A program made the position numbers and the translations under genes. Below the pieces are notes generated by a model. It made no database searches, was not told the origin of the DNA, and saw nothing but the letters and a program-made list of their open reading frames with translations. This document shows, piece after piece, positions 1 through 11,750 of a stretch of DNA of 64,000 nt. This DNA is from Camelus dromedarius. Lineage: Eukaryota. Position 1 is the stretch's first letter; every line of letters starts with the position of its first letter. The stretch lies in contig NC_087436.1 in NCBI RefSeq assembly GCF_036321535.1, forward strand, positions 40,240,001-40,304,000, in the 5' to 3' direction.

Positions 1-114
1 TCCTGTTTCTATAAGTGCAGGAGCTTCTCTTCTATTCAATGATCACTGTCACTAGGATTCAAAATTTATGATATGCTTTATTCCAAAATTTTCAGCAATC
101 TTTTAATTTTATAG

Positions 115-231
115 GGAATGATAGTATTTCAAATCGAAAAGATGCATAGTTTGGGAATATATTCAGAGAAAGGATTGCTGACTGTCACTGACAAGTCCTT
201 GCCAGATAACATTACTGAATTTTCCACTCAG
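115..231 (+). other. Candidate internal exon (117 nt, phase 0-0, GMIVFQIEKMHSLGIYSEKGLLTVTDKSLPDNITEFSTQ), gene not recognised
   Basis: Acceptor tcttttaattttatag|G at 114/115 and donor CAG|gtcagc at 231/232. Length is divisible by 3 and the only stop-free frame is the phase-0 one. The peptide is not recognised. Confidence 0.25.
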
Positions 232-554
232 GTCAGCTTTCAGTCTAGCAGCCTTGAAAATGATGAATTCAAGACATATAGAGTAAATCCATTTATGAGT
301 TATGAAACTTAACGTGTGAGACTAACTTGGACCTCATCTTCCTGCTAATTCTGAACAGGTGACATTACAAGTGTTTAATATACTTTGTGTTTTTCATTAG
401 TGTGTTCTTAATATATTCATAATTTATACTACTAAACATAATATCCATGTGGGTTGTACTCCTTGAATCTGCAAGATTAAAATACCTTCTCCCATTATTC
501 AGATCTACCTGGAAGCCAAATTAAAATCATAAATTTTCTGGCTGAATATACTTC

Positions 555-1005
555 CTTGCATCAGCCAAAAGTGACAGAAAGTCCAAATTAGCATTGTTTT
601 AAAGAAAAAAAAAATCTCTCTCATGTTAAATCAAGGCAGTGGCTCCAGGGCTGGAATGATGCCCCCTGTTTCAGAAGATGGGCTTCTTTGACCTGGTTGT
701 TGTAGTGTTCCCCTTACTTAGTATGCTCTTGGTTTAAAACTGCTGTTTCTGCTCATGCTATCATATTCACATTCCAACCAAGAAGCAGAAAGAAAGAGAA
801 GTGACGGGCATGCTACTTCCATTTAACTATTTTTTTTCTGAAGGTTGCACATACATTTAATTTTCATTCCATTGGCTAGAACTTAGTCACATGACTGTTA
901 CTACTTGCCAGGGTGCTAGAAAATAAAAACTACATTCTGAGAGGCCATGTGTCCAGATATATTTTGAAGGAGATAATGTTTTTAGGGGATAATCAGCATA
1001 GCCTC
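555..1005 (-). mobile_element. Old MaLR LTR relic (MLT1J/K-like)
   Basis: Typical MLT1 segments 'cacattccaaccaagaagcagaaag' and 'cattccattggctagaacttagtcacatgac'. Confidence 0.7.
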
Positions 1006-1236
1006 AGAACAAGGATTTCATCATTAAAGTATTTTAAGAATTATAGTCAAGTTGCCTAACGTCTGCAATAGGAAACATAGTACTCAGCCTCGGTTAGATT
1101 GGAATACACTGGATCCTCGGTCAAGATTGCCTCTATCCTAGAGATTGCTCAGATGGGCACTGCCAACATGCAACTCTACTCAAAGGTTCTATAGATAACC
1201 AACCTCCCTTTGGATCACTATATTCTTAGTATACAC

Positions 1237-1449
1237 TTTTTCCCCCTTTTTCCCAGATTTATTGAGATATAATTAACATACAGCACTGTGTAAGTTTAAG
1301 GTATACAATGTGATTATTAATACCGAATATGTTGTGAAATATTTACCCAAATAAGGTTAGTTAACACATACTTTATCTCACATAATTACTATTATGTTGT
1401 TTTTGCTCTTATGGTGAGAACATTAAACCTCTGCTTTCTAGCAACTTCT
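1237..1449 (-). mobile_element. L1 3' end (L1MA9/10-like), non-inverted part of a 5'-inverted insertion
   Basis: A T-rich tract followed by 'tttattgagatataattaacatacagcactgtgtaagtttaaggtatac...ggtgagaacattaaa', the reverse complement of an L1MA 3' terminus. Confidence 0.85.
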
Positions 1450-1760
1450 GGGTATGTATCTGAAGATGATGAAATCACTGTTTTGAAGAGATATCTGCAC
1501 CCCCATGTTCTCTGCAGCATTATCCACAACAGCCAAGATATGGAAACAACCTAAATGTCCACTGACAGATGAATGGATAAAGAAAAGGAGAGCTATATAC
1601 ATGAGTGTTATTCAGCTATTAAAAAGCATGAAATTCTTCCATTTGCACCAACATGGATAGACTTTGAGGGCATTATGCTAATTGAAATATGTCAGACAGA
1701 GAACAACAAATACTGTTTAATCTCACTTATATGTAGAATGTAAAAATACCAGACTCATAT
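1450..1760 (+). mobile_element. L1 ORF2 C-terminus/3' UTR fragment, inverted part of the same insertion
   Basis: 'gatatctgcacccccatgttc...ggaaacaacctaaatgtcc...gatgaatggataaagaaa' is homologous to 21590-21850 and 48900-49160 in this window. Confidence 0.9.
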
Positions 1761-2029
1761 ACTAGGGTTTTCATTGCTGTTTGGTTTTGGTTTTTAAATA
1801 TAATGCATTAACCACCAATGTTAGACTCACAAGATATGTATTTCATAATGAAGATTTTGGAATTTCACAAACTCTGGCATGTTGAACCAAAACTTAACTT
1901 CAAGACTTGATATTAATATTTTATTCACAGAACTCTTTGCCATTCTTTTATTTTTAATTTTAAGGATACTTTTATATACTTTCCTATTTTCACCTGTATT
2001 TATATTGTTTGGCTGCCTGGCAAGTGGTA

Positions 2030-2210
2030 TTTTATATATATATATATACACACACACATATATATAACAACCTACATATATATATACACACACTAATATA
2101 TATACTACTTATATGTATATGCGTATATATGATATGATATAGAATATATTCATATAGCATTCATTCATATAATATATAATATCATATATGTGTGTATATA
2201 TACACACACA
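2030..2210. repeat. Compound (TA)n/(CA)n low-complexity tract
   Basis: Interleaved tatata and cacaca runs are directly visible. Confidence 0.9.
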
Positions 2211-2699
2211 TTAACCCACAGGGACAAGAGCCTTCACAGTAACAAGAGCAATCCAAAAACTGCAATATTAGGTGAGTAACTATGTGTTTTTATTGTTGAT
2301 AGAAAAGTAATAGCAAAGGGAAAATAATGAAAGTACATTTCCTAATGTTTTCAAAGATTAAACATCCTAAATGTTTCCAAAAATGTGACATATTGTTTAG
2401 AAAGACATATATACATATATGTATTTGTCTTGTCTGATTCTGACCTACCACTACGAGCTTGGGAAAAGGATACAAGTGTGCCTACTGAGAGGAAAAGAGA
2501 GAAATGAGGGGAAAATAAAAGAAAACTGCTGACCTAGCATTGCGTTAGGGAAAAACATTAATCCAGGCACTGGGGCTCATCATAGAACAGACCTGATTCC
2601 TTCATTCAAAGAGCCCATAATTTCCAGAGAAATATACACTAGTAAATGAGCAGTTGTGGTATAATGCAATAGTGCAGTTGTCAAAAGACTCCGAACAAG

Positions 2700-3110
2700 G
2701 TTTGGAAATGAGTTGACATTGGAGATGGGTCTTCATTTTGGTTGGGAGAGAAAGCAGGGAGTCGACTTCAGGCAGAAGGAATAATCTATATAAAGCCCAG
2801 TGAAATGAATACAAGACAAGAAGTTTGAAGTGACTGCGATATAGAAAGCAGTTCATAAGGCGATGGAGACTTGTGGAGATCAGATTGAAGATCAAAGTGG
2901 AGATCAGATTATAAAAGGTCTTATATGTTTTCTTAAGTAATTTAGACTTTATGATTTGGTTATTGAAAAGTTTATACTATTGTGCATCATGAATTGAAGA
3001 AAATTTTCTTTTTATTGTTTAATTCTTTAAATAAATAACTCTGGCATTACTGCAGGATATAGTAGTGATATTAATAGTGGAGAGGCAGGCACAGAAAAGC
3101 TAAAGAAGGT
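2700..3110 (-). mobile_element. L2 relic
   Basis: Purine-rich L2-antisense pattern ('caggcagaaggaataatc', 'ggagatcagattataaaaggtctt...tttagacttta'). Confidence 0.55.
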
Positions 3111-3846
3111 TAAAGCAGAGCAGATCATTTGCATGAAACTTTCTAAAACCCTGCAGGAAAGGATTAACAGTGTATTCACATATTCATAAGTTTTTATAAA
3201 ATTTGAGAAATTAACCCCAACTTGAAACCATTGTCACTTACCATACTGACTTTTTTCCCATCCCTTTTCTACTTTTCAGTTAGTGAATCAGTTTTCTTGG
3301 GCATTTTGTCCATTAGTTCAAATTCTCAGAAGATAAGGAAATTATTAGGCTGCATTAATATCAGGACAGAATGTGGGGAACAGCAGGAATGGTTTGTTTA
3401 ACACTTTGGGTTTAATCAGAGAAGAAATGAGAAAGAGCTGAGAAATCACAGTGGAAATATTTCAGACCTCTAGGGTCTTTCAGTCATTTGTAATATTGTA
3501 ATCTGGAAAGAATATTATATTTTGTACATACCTGGAAGAAAACCAGTTATCATCAGACATCACAAAGGAGCAAAAAGAGTAGAAGGTGTACCAAAGCACT
3601 GTTCATACTCAAATAAAGGAACAATTTTTTAAAAATGGAAATATGCAATTATAAGGAGTAGTCCTTTCAGGTGATTCTGAGCAAGGTACACTGGATAGGA
3701 AACCTCATGAGTAAAGAGAAAGATCAAAGAAATAAATGTATTTTGGTTTGAAATCAGTGTTATCATGACTTCTGTGACTTGTGTATCTACACTGTCCCAA
3801 CTGCCCCAAAAAGGAGAAAATCACAGATTGGGAAATGCAGAGATGC

Positions 3847-4305
3847 TGTATTAATTGCCTATTTCTGCATTTTTTTTTAACCACAAACCTATTGACTCAA
3901 AACACAGATTTATTATCTGAGTTTCTGCAGGCCAGAAGTTGGGCACAGCTTATCTGAACACTGTATACAATGTCTCACCTAGCTGCAGTCCACGTGTTGG
4001 TCAGAGAGTCCATCTGGAGGTTGGAGGAGGACAAAATATTCTTCCTCAGCTCACATAGGGTTGACAATAAATCAGTTCTTCGTGGTTGGAAGATTCATGG
4101 TACATAGCCTCCTCACAGCCAGTGAGAGAGAGCAAGTGAGAAAGGCTGACTCTAGTGAAACAGTGCTCCTCTTATGTAATCACTTGCTTGTAACCGCACA
4201 CATCACATCACCTTGGCAGCATTCCACTGGCTAGAAGTAAGGCACTGGTTCTCAAAGTTGCAAGCACCAGGAAGGTAAACCATGACTTAAAGTCTGTTGG
4301 CCAGA
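3847..4305 (-). mobile_element. MaLR LTR (MLT1F-like)
   Basis: Starts tgtatta; contains 'atttattatct..gtttctgcaggccagaagttgggcacagctta' and 'cattccactggctagaagtaag'. Confidence 0.75.
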
Positions 4306-5787
4306 GTCTCCTCTCCTCTGTTGAGGAATACTGTGAATGACTTAATGTAGGCTTCCTGTTGGGCAAATGCCTCTTCGAAAACAAATAGGTACAGCCCGAA
4401 AAAGTAGTATAATAGTGACTCGGTAACTTGGAATATTAGCTGATAGTGTCAACCAATTAGGATTGTTAAGAAATTTAACACCAAGCAGTCAGAACACTGA
4501 AGGTGAAGAGAAACATCTACATCTACAGGGCATTCAAAAGACTGGACAAACCTAGATACGAGTACCATCTTTTCCAAAAAGACATAGGCTTTAAATTGAT
4601 TGGCTTTTCCGGTATGAAAGAGAAAGTCAAAAATACACCACAAAGCAGATGATTTTGAAAGAATAAGTGTACACATTTTAAGGTAAAGTTAACTGATTTT
4701 CAGGAGAATTTCGCAGAGCATTTTGAAAATAGATGATGGGAAGAGTTTCCATCAGCTAAAAGAGATCTTTGTAAGATGTGACATTTCAACCTGCTTAAGG
4801 GCTGCCAGGAAATTAACTTGAGTTCACCTAGGTTTAAGTAAACATGCAATAAACACATAGGGAGGTAATGTTGTTTCTAGTCATTTGCCCCTGGTGAGCA
4901 AACAAGGGATGAGTCCAGGCTCTCTAGAACAGTGTGGGAGAGAGGAAGAGGAAGGAAAAAATACTGAAGTTAAACTTTAGGAAGAATTGAATAGGCTCTT
5001 CCCTGGCAGGTGTCCAGAGAATGTGTGTCACTGGGGTCCCTTGTGGGGACAGGGATGTTTGTCTCTCACACTGAGTGCCATTATTATGTAACTTTTACCT
5101 AAAGAAACTTGTATTATTTTATTTTGCCTATTAGCATTTCTCTATCCACTACACGCTGATTTTGATACCAAAAATAATAGAAATTTGTCACCCCCCAAAA
5201 AAATTTCATAATGGAAAACTATAGAAAAATGGGTAAAGAAATGTTCTACTTTCTTTCCAAGTTTTGTTACATGAAAACTTTCTGTGGGGTTCAAACATAT
5301 TTGCTAAAATTATTAAAATGCAACACATTGGTTCTTAAAGAACAATTGATTGACATCAAAAGCGATAGTAATTCATGAGCTTTGTTTCAAAAATTTCTGG
5401 GTGAAACTTTGCAGAGCTGATGAAGAGAATTTAAAGCAAATGTCTTGAATTAGTACAATGGAGCTAGTGAGGCACTTACTCCATTTGGATCAATATATTT
5501 TGATATCTTTCTCAACTACAACAGTTGTTAAATTCACATGATGATGTAAAATGAATTTAGAATCTGGTATCAGAATCATTGTATCATACTGAATTAAATT
5601 GGAATTTTCAGACAAATGAAGCATATTCAGTTAGTGATTTTGATACTGTATAAATTGAAATGAAATTCATTTAAGATTACTATAATTACTATTATTTCAT
5701 CTACTTCTTTCAATTAGATTACACTTTGTTTTGCAGTACAGTGATAGTTCCATAGTGGCACACAAATAGAGTCACATAAATGGGGGG

Positions 5788-5802
5788 TGTGTGTGTGTGT
5801 GT
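5788..5802. repeat. (GT)n microsatellite
   Basis: Directly visible. Confidence 0.9.
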
Positions 5803-5926
5803 ATTTCATGTATGACAATAGTGGTAACATACAAAATATTTGGAGGTGACTATTAGACAATTAGGCAAGACACTGAAGTTGATTGATAGGTCAATCAGAA
5901 CAATTAGGAGGTCTTTCCTCCAGAAA

Positions 5927-5977
5927 ATACATACATACATACATACGTACATACATACATACATACATTCATACATA
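5927..5977. repeat. (ATAC)n tetranucleotide microsatellite, interrupted
   Basis: atacatacatac... with two variant units. Confidence 0.95.
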
Positions 5978-6169
5978 CTGTACTGATGGAGAGCTATCAG
6001 TATGAGGTCGAATTTTATAATCATTTCTCTAATGGCGTTGATATGCCTTAATGTATATTGCAAGTATAATTCTAAGATACTTAGCTTTGTGATGCCATTA
6101 ACTAAAATGTAAAATATAGAAAATGAGTCAGATGAGAAATACTGAATATGGAAAATGTGTTTAGAGATA

Positions 6170-6962
6170 TAGTCCATTCTGCTTTAATGTTACCTATGCA
6201 TTCTTAAAAATGACTACACTGCAGAACAGAAAGGTACACACAAAAATCATAGAACTTATTGGGAAATGTTATTAGAGGCACGATACTCAAAAATTTCATT
6301 ATGGATCCCATAAAGAAGGTAGGAAACTAATAAAAACAGTGGCACAGTTATTCATATGTCAAATTGTTAAAAAATGCATAAATGCTATAATAAATATGAC
6401 ATTTTATCTTGAAAAAGACCTCTGAGTTGCTTGTGGAGATGGGTTTGGGAAGGACTGCCAGCTGCAGCTTTTGAATTATTGAGGAGTGCTCAGAGGATTT
6501 TGTCTATAACTGGAGGGGGAGCTGTAATACCGACCAGATGTGGGTGGGTATGGCTCACACATGGTTAGCAGGTAGATGTTGGAAGAATGTGTGTGTGTGT
6601 GTGTGTGTGCGCACAGGCTCATTTTGTGTAGCCCTACTTGGCTTGGTTTGGTTGAATGCAGTTAGTTGCTTTCAGGAAAAGTTTATTTTGGGGGAGGGAT
6701 ATAGCTCAAGGCTAGAGTGCATGCTTAGCCTGTATGAGGTCCTAGGTTCAATGCCTCGTACTTCCATTAATAAACAAACAAACAAACCTAATTACCTCAC
6801 TCCCATCCAAAAAAAGAAAAAAGAAAGAAAGAAAGAAAGAAAAAATTTATTTCAGGAGAAATTGCAAACAAGTAAATGCAAAGTTGTGTTATGTTAAAGT
6901 TATTTAATATATCAATCACATTGGAACTCTGTTCAAAATAAGCTGTACAGCAGACCTAAATG
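6170..6962. mobile_element. Non-autonomous TcMar-Tigger DNA transposon (Tigger8-like), interrupted by a SINE
   Basis: Degenerate terminal inverted repeats (tagtccattctgcttta / tacagcagacctaaatg), each flanked by TA (6168-6169, 6963-6964). The internal sequence resembles my recollection of the consensus. Confidence 0.75.
6690..6840 (+). mobile_element. tRNA-derived SINE (camelid Vic-1-like)
   Basis: 'ggggagggatatagctcaag' head, A box tagctcaag, B box ggttcaatgcc, 'aaacctaattacctc' body and (GAAA)n tail. TSD aaaagtttattt (6677-6688) / aaaaatttattt (6841-6852). Confidence 0.9.
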
Positions 6963-7159
6963 TATGTTATAGAGGTTGAGAAGTAGATGAAATCATCCAA
7001 TTTAAAACATTTAAAACATTAATGAGATCCAAGATTTATATCCTGAGTTATTGCCATGCATACCCAATTTTTTTTAACTAAATTAATCTAAAAATAAATA
7101 CAGAAGTGGAGACTACAAAGGACATAAAGAGCTGTTCTTCTAGGGAGAGTACACTGACT

Positions 7160-7361
7160 GTAGTGGTATAAAGAAAAGTATTTGGAATCAGAGAGACTTA
7201 GATTCCAAATAATTAGCTTTGTCAGTTGCTACCTTTGTGACCAGAAGATTGTTTAAACTCACTATCAGCTCTGGTTTTCTCATATGTCAAAGGGACTGTT
7301 AACCTATTGTGAACATAAAATAAGTTGTGACATCCTTAGTGCTGGGATTGTAGTAGGCACT
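7160..7361 (+). mobile_element. MIR SINE
   Basis: 'gtagtggtataaag...tttggaatcagagagac...ttttctcatatgtcaaaggg...tagtaggcact'. Confidence 0.75.
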
Positions 7362-7984
7362 GTCCACCTCCATGTCCACCCTTCACTCACCGTTTCACTG
7401 CACTGCAAGCATGCCTGCAGCATTTACCCACCCACACAGCAGGCTGCAGGTGCTGGTGGATTATGTTCCTTATGAGAAGCCATACCAGTGACATCCTAGA
7501 GTCGGCATCTGAAAACCTCAGTGTTCTCATCTCTCAGGATAATTCAACCCATTAAATATTTTGACTCTGTTGAGGAATTATTAGGGATCCTTTAATAAAA
7601 TCATGAATGCTATGCAGCACTCCATGGTTATTTGTGTATTTGTTTTAGTGTGTTTGCCAAGGAATGCACATGGAAATGTTTCTGTAGTCACATTATAATG
7701 ATAATTTTACTAGACATTTGTTGTTCTTGCATCTTTCTTTTTTATACATAATCTAAATTCTTTTCCAGTTAAATAGACTTGTTTCACACATGTATTTCAA
7801 TCAAGTTCACTCAGGCCTCTTTTTGAAGCACATTACATAAAAATTGGAAAGAGAGAGGAAGAAGATACGTAGGGAAAAGAAAACATGAGAAGCAAATAGT
7901 CAGCTTAACTATTTGTAGGTCTCCCCCAGGTCCTGGGAATTCTGAGATATAAAACATGGGCATTGGCTCAGATGATTTCAGATT

Positions 7985-8460
7985 TCCTAGGAGGGGAGGT
8001 GGACTGGAGGTTGAACTTAATCACTGGTCAATGAGTGAATCAGTCATGCCTGTGTCATGAAACTCCAATAAAAACTCTGAACATAGCTAGAGTATACTTG
8101 CTGGTACACACTGATGTGCCAGGAGAATGTCACATCCGGAGGACAAGGGAGCTCCATGTTTGGAACCCTCCCATCCTCACCCTTTGAGTCTCCTTTCGCT
8201 GGTCTTGATTTGTATCCTTTAAAACAAAACTGCATTCATAATCGTAGTGGTTTCCTGAGCTCTGTGAGTCCTTCCTGCTGATCTGAAAGGACAGTGGGAA
8301 CCAATAGATTTGTAGTCAAGTAGCCAGTTGTGCAGGTGGCTGGCGAACCCCAGAGCTTTCAGCTAGTGTTTGAAGGGAAGGGAGTCTTGTGGAGACTCAG
8401 ATCTCAGCCTGAGACATCTACAGTAACTCCAGGTCATTAGTATCAGAATTACATTGCAGA
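7985..8460 (+). mobile_element. MER21-like LTR fragment
   Basis: 'gaggggaggtggactggaggttga', 'aatcagtcatgcctgtgtcatgaaactccaataaaaactctg', 'ttcctgagctctgtgagtc'. Confidence 0.75.
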
Positions 8461-8529
8461 ATTTATAAGAAATGATGAGCAGAAAGAGGGCAAAATTGTG
8501 TTCAAAAAACAAGCAAGAAAGGAAGAGGT

Positions 8530-8950
8530 GGGGATGGGGGTGTGCAAAATATGGAGTTTGAATGTTTGTTCTAAATGAAATAGCTTTTGAAAGATTTTAA
8601 GCTGGTGAATAATGGAAATAGAAGTATGGTTAAAACATTACCCTGGAAGCTGTGTGGAGAACTACAGACTGGTTGGAGGCTACAGTGATCCCCCAGGTGA
8701 AGATGATCCAGGAATGGATTTGTGCAGTCCCAGTGGAAATGGAGATATTGGGATTCTTGTTGGTGTTAGAGCCTACAAGTCTTGCAGCTGGATTGGATAT
8801 GGAGGAGAGGAACTGAGAGGAACCAAGGGGTTACTTATTCCTAGGTATTGGCCATGACAGTAGTAATTACTCAGATGGAGAAGTAATTACTCAGGGGCAG
8901 AACTGATCATTTAGGAGAAGTAGAGAGAATTCTGTGTATCTTAAGATGGT
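8530..8950 (-). mobile_element. L2 relic (continues after the MLT1D at ~9450-9560)
   Basis: 'ggagtttgaatgtttgttctaaatg...gattttaagc...gctgtgtggagaa...ggaggctac...caggtgaagatgat'. Confidence 0.7.
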
Positions 8951-8954
8951 TTAT

Positions 8955-9446
8955 TGTGGTAGCAGACTAATGACTTCCCTAGAGACATTTACATTCAGCT
9001 TTCTGGAAACTCTGAAGATGCTACTTGATAGAGTAGAGGGGAATTAAAGTTGCTAATCAGCTGACCTTAAAGATAGAGAATTAGCCTGTATTATCTGGTT
9101 GGGCCCAATGTAATTACAAGGCTCTTCGAAAGTGGAAGAGAGAGGCAGAAGAAAGAACTTAAAGAGAAGGCAGAGTGAGCAGGACTCAGCTCAATGATGC
9201 TGATGTTGGAAATGGTTAAATGGACCATAACCCAAGGAATGTGGGTGGCTGCTAGAAGCTGGAAGAGGCAAGGGAATGATTTTCTCATAAAACCTCCAGA
9301 AAGGAACTCAGCCCTACTGAAACCTTGACTTTTAGCCCTGGGGAAACCAGTGATAGGATTCTAATCTTCAGAAATGTAATATATTATGTTTTTTAAGCCA
9401 GTAAATTTGTGATAATTTGTTACAACAGCAATAGGAAAAAGATTCA
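8955..9446 (+). mobile_element. MaLR LTR (MLT1D-like), near full length
   Basis: tgtggtag start; 'aaagttgctaatcagctgaccttaaagata' and 'gggcccaatgtaattacaagg'; end 'taatttgttacaacagcaataggaaa'. Flanks tttat/cttat look like a 5-bp TSD. Confidence 0.9.
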
Positions 9447-10299
9447 CTTATTAGTCATCCAGTTAGAGGCTTTCAGAAAGAAGTTATTTTATAAATCTTT
9501 AATGCAGAGAAGAGGTTGGAAAAAGAGAGGTAGATAATAGGGTCAAAGGCATGTTGATACAAGGCAAGCAAAGAAGTGGCCACTTTAGATAACATATGTC
9601 TTGTGACATAGTTTTGCATTTTGAATGCCTAATATTACACAATTACTTTGTAGTACAATGAGTGAATTACCTAAGGTACCTATTAAGAGACATGTAGAAA
9701 GCCTTAATTCCTGATACATCTTTCACATTGTGAATTATTTTGTTTAGAAGTATTCAAAAGTATGCTTATAAATATTTCATGTTTTCATCCACCATATTTT
9801 TTAACATAGAAGTAACCATCAGAAAAATAATTAACATGGATGCTTAAATACAAAAGAAAATTAAAAAAAAATTCTTTAGTAGGTAGATTGGAAGGTTTTT
9901 TGTTTTATTTCTCCTCTTTGATATAACTTCATACTTGACAGCTGCTGACGAAATTTCTAGATAGCATTGAAGAAGTACAGCATAAACAATTTTCTGTTTG
10001 CCAAACAGTAATTATTATCTCTCAGAAGATCACAAAATGAATACTAATATTTTTTTTTTTTTACCGATTTTGGACTCTGCCATGTCAATTATTTTGAGAA
10101 ATGATAGAAGTTATTCCACACAAATGGTCAGCAATCCAAGTCCATTTCCCTTTGTTTAACACACATATTACATGCTCACCCGGAGTAACATTATAATTAA
10201 CTAGTGAAATTGTTTAACTAATTGTAGTTTGAGGGTTCTCTTCCCTAGCTTTAGTAGTATCTTACTGAGGCAATAATGAATTCTGTGGAGCCAATCTTA

Positions 10300-10680
10300 T
10301 TCTCTCCGGTTGAAAAGACTTTGTTATTTCTCACACATAGAAAAAAGGTTGTTTTCTTCCCTGAAAAAGCAAATTAAAGTGGAAAAAAAAAAAAGATTGT
10401 TGGAACATACACCTCGAGAAAACTGCTTCGTGAGAAAGCCGGCTGTGAAAAGAAGCTGGCCCTTTACAGTCAGACGTTACCTTCCATTGGCATCAGTTAA
10501 ATTTAAAGACACCATGAAAATTGTGTGACATTGCATTAAAACGGTTTTAGACCTCTCTTTGGACACAAAATGCAGGTTGCATGAAACTTTTATCTCTCCA
10601 AACTAGTGGAGGCCAGGTCAATGCTGTTCGTGCTTTAGCGGACTGCAAGTCACCGTTACAGAATCCAAATGCAGCCAAAC
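10300..10680. promoter_or_regulatory. Candidate cis-regulatory element (CpG-retaining unique sequence)
   Basis: 8 CpGs in 10415-10655 in a CpG-poor window, with no repeat similarity recognised. Confidence 0.35.
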
Positions 10681-11064
10681 AAGAATGGAGTACAGCTTAT
10701 TTTAAATTGTATTTTTTTTTAAACTGTGATGTTTTAAAAATTGACATTTCTTTATACTAAGAATTAGCTGCTCTATGAACATTTTACTCAAACCCGGTTG
10801 CATTATTTATGTCCTATCAAAATTAAAAAAATTTCACCACATCTGTCATGATGTCTTTTTAGCATTTGCAAAAACTCTTGCAACATTCAATCACAGGAGA
10901 AGTTTTGACCAAGAAGGGAGTGTAACTCTGATAACACTTGTTTATAATGAGAGGTCTGCTTTAATGAAAAATGAACTCTTACTGCATTTTATTCATGTTT
11001 CTGGAATAGCCTCAAGTGTTGAGAAAGTAAAAGCACATCTCTCTCCTAGACAGAGGTCATTTTC

Positions 11065-11750
11065 GGTTTATTTTTATTTGCTTGTTTTTATGAGACTATG
11101 CTGTTTGAAGCACATATTTAAAGCATACCATTTGAAAAGCTTGAATATATGTATACATTTCTTTAACCATCAAGATAATGATCACATCCATTTTGCGATG
11201 CCTCCCTCCTGCCCTCACACCCCATCCCCAGGCAACTACTGATCTGCTTAGTTAAAGTGGATCAGTTTGTATGATTTCAAATTTTATCTGAAAGAATTCA
11301 TAGACTATATATCCTTTATTTTGGTCTCATTTTTTTCACTCAGATAATTATTTTGAGATTCATTATGTTGTAGCATGAATCAATAGTTAATTTATTTTTA
11401 CTTCTGTGTGGTATTCTATTGTGTGGAAACCCTACAATTTGTGCCTATTCCTATGTTGATGGATATTATAAATAATGCTGTTGTGTGACTGTAAGTTGCA
11501 TTTGCCCAGAGATTAATGATATTGAACGTGTTTTCATGAGTTGGTTGGTCATCTATCTTTGGGAAAGTGTCTAAGTCTTTGGCCCATTTTGAAAAATTGG
11601 ATTGTATGATTTATAATAGATTTCATTAAGAGTTGGAGTTTTTAGCGTTCTTTCCAAGGAACATATTCTGGATATAAGCTCTTTATGGGACACATAGTGT
11701 GCAAATAGCGAATATTTTCTCCCAATCTGTGGCTTGTCTTTTCATTCAAC
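11065..11750 (-). mobile_element. Old L1 3' region (L1MD/L1ME-like)
   Basis: 'ccccaggcaactactgatctgc', 'cactcagataattattttgagattcat', 'ttctcccaatctgtggcttgtcttttcatt'. Confidence 0.85.

Noticed and set aside
2222..2271. Exon candidate ending at AG|gtgagt
   Set aside because: The acceptor has no pyrimidine tract (it follows a CA repeat), and the frame continuing from the 115-231 candidate hits a stop.
6690..6765. tRNA-like sequence with A and B boxes
   Set aside because: It continues into a SINE body and A-rich tail and is bounded by a TSD, so it is a SINE head rather than a tRNA gene.
10775..11242. Longest ORF in the window (155 aa)
   Set aside because: Its 3' part runs through an antisense L1 relic, with no recognisable domain or splice support.
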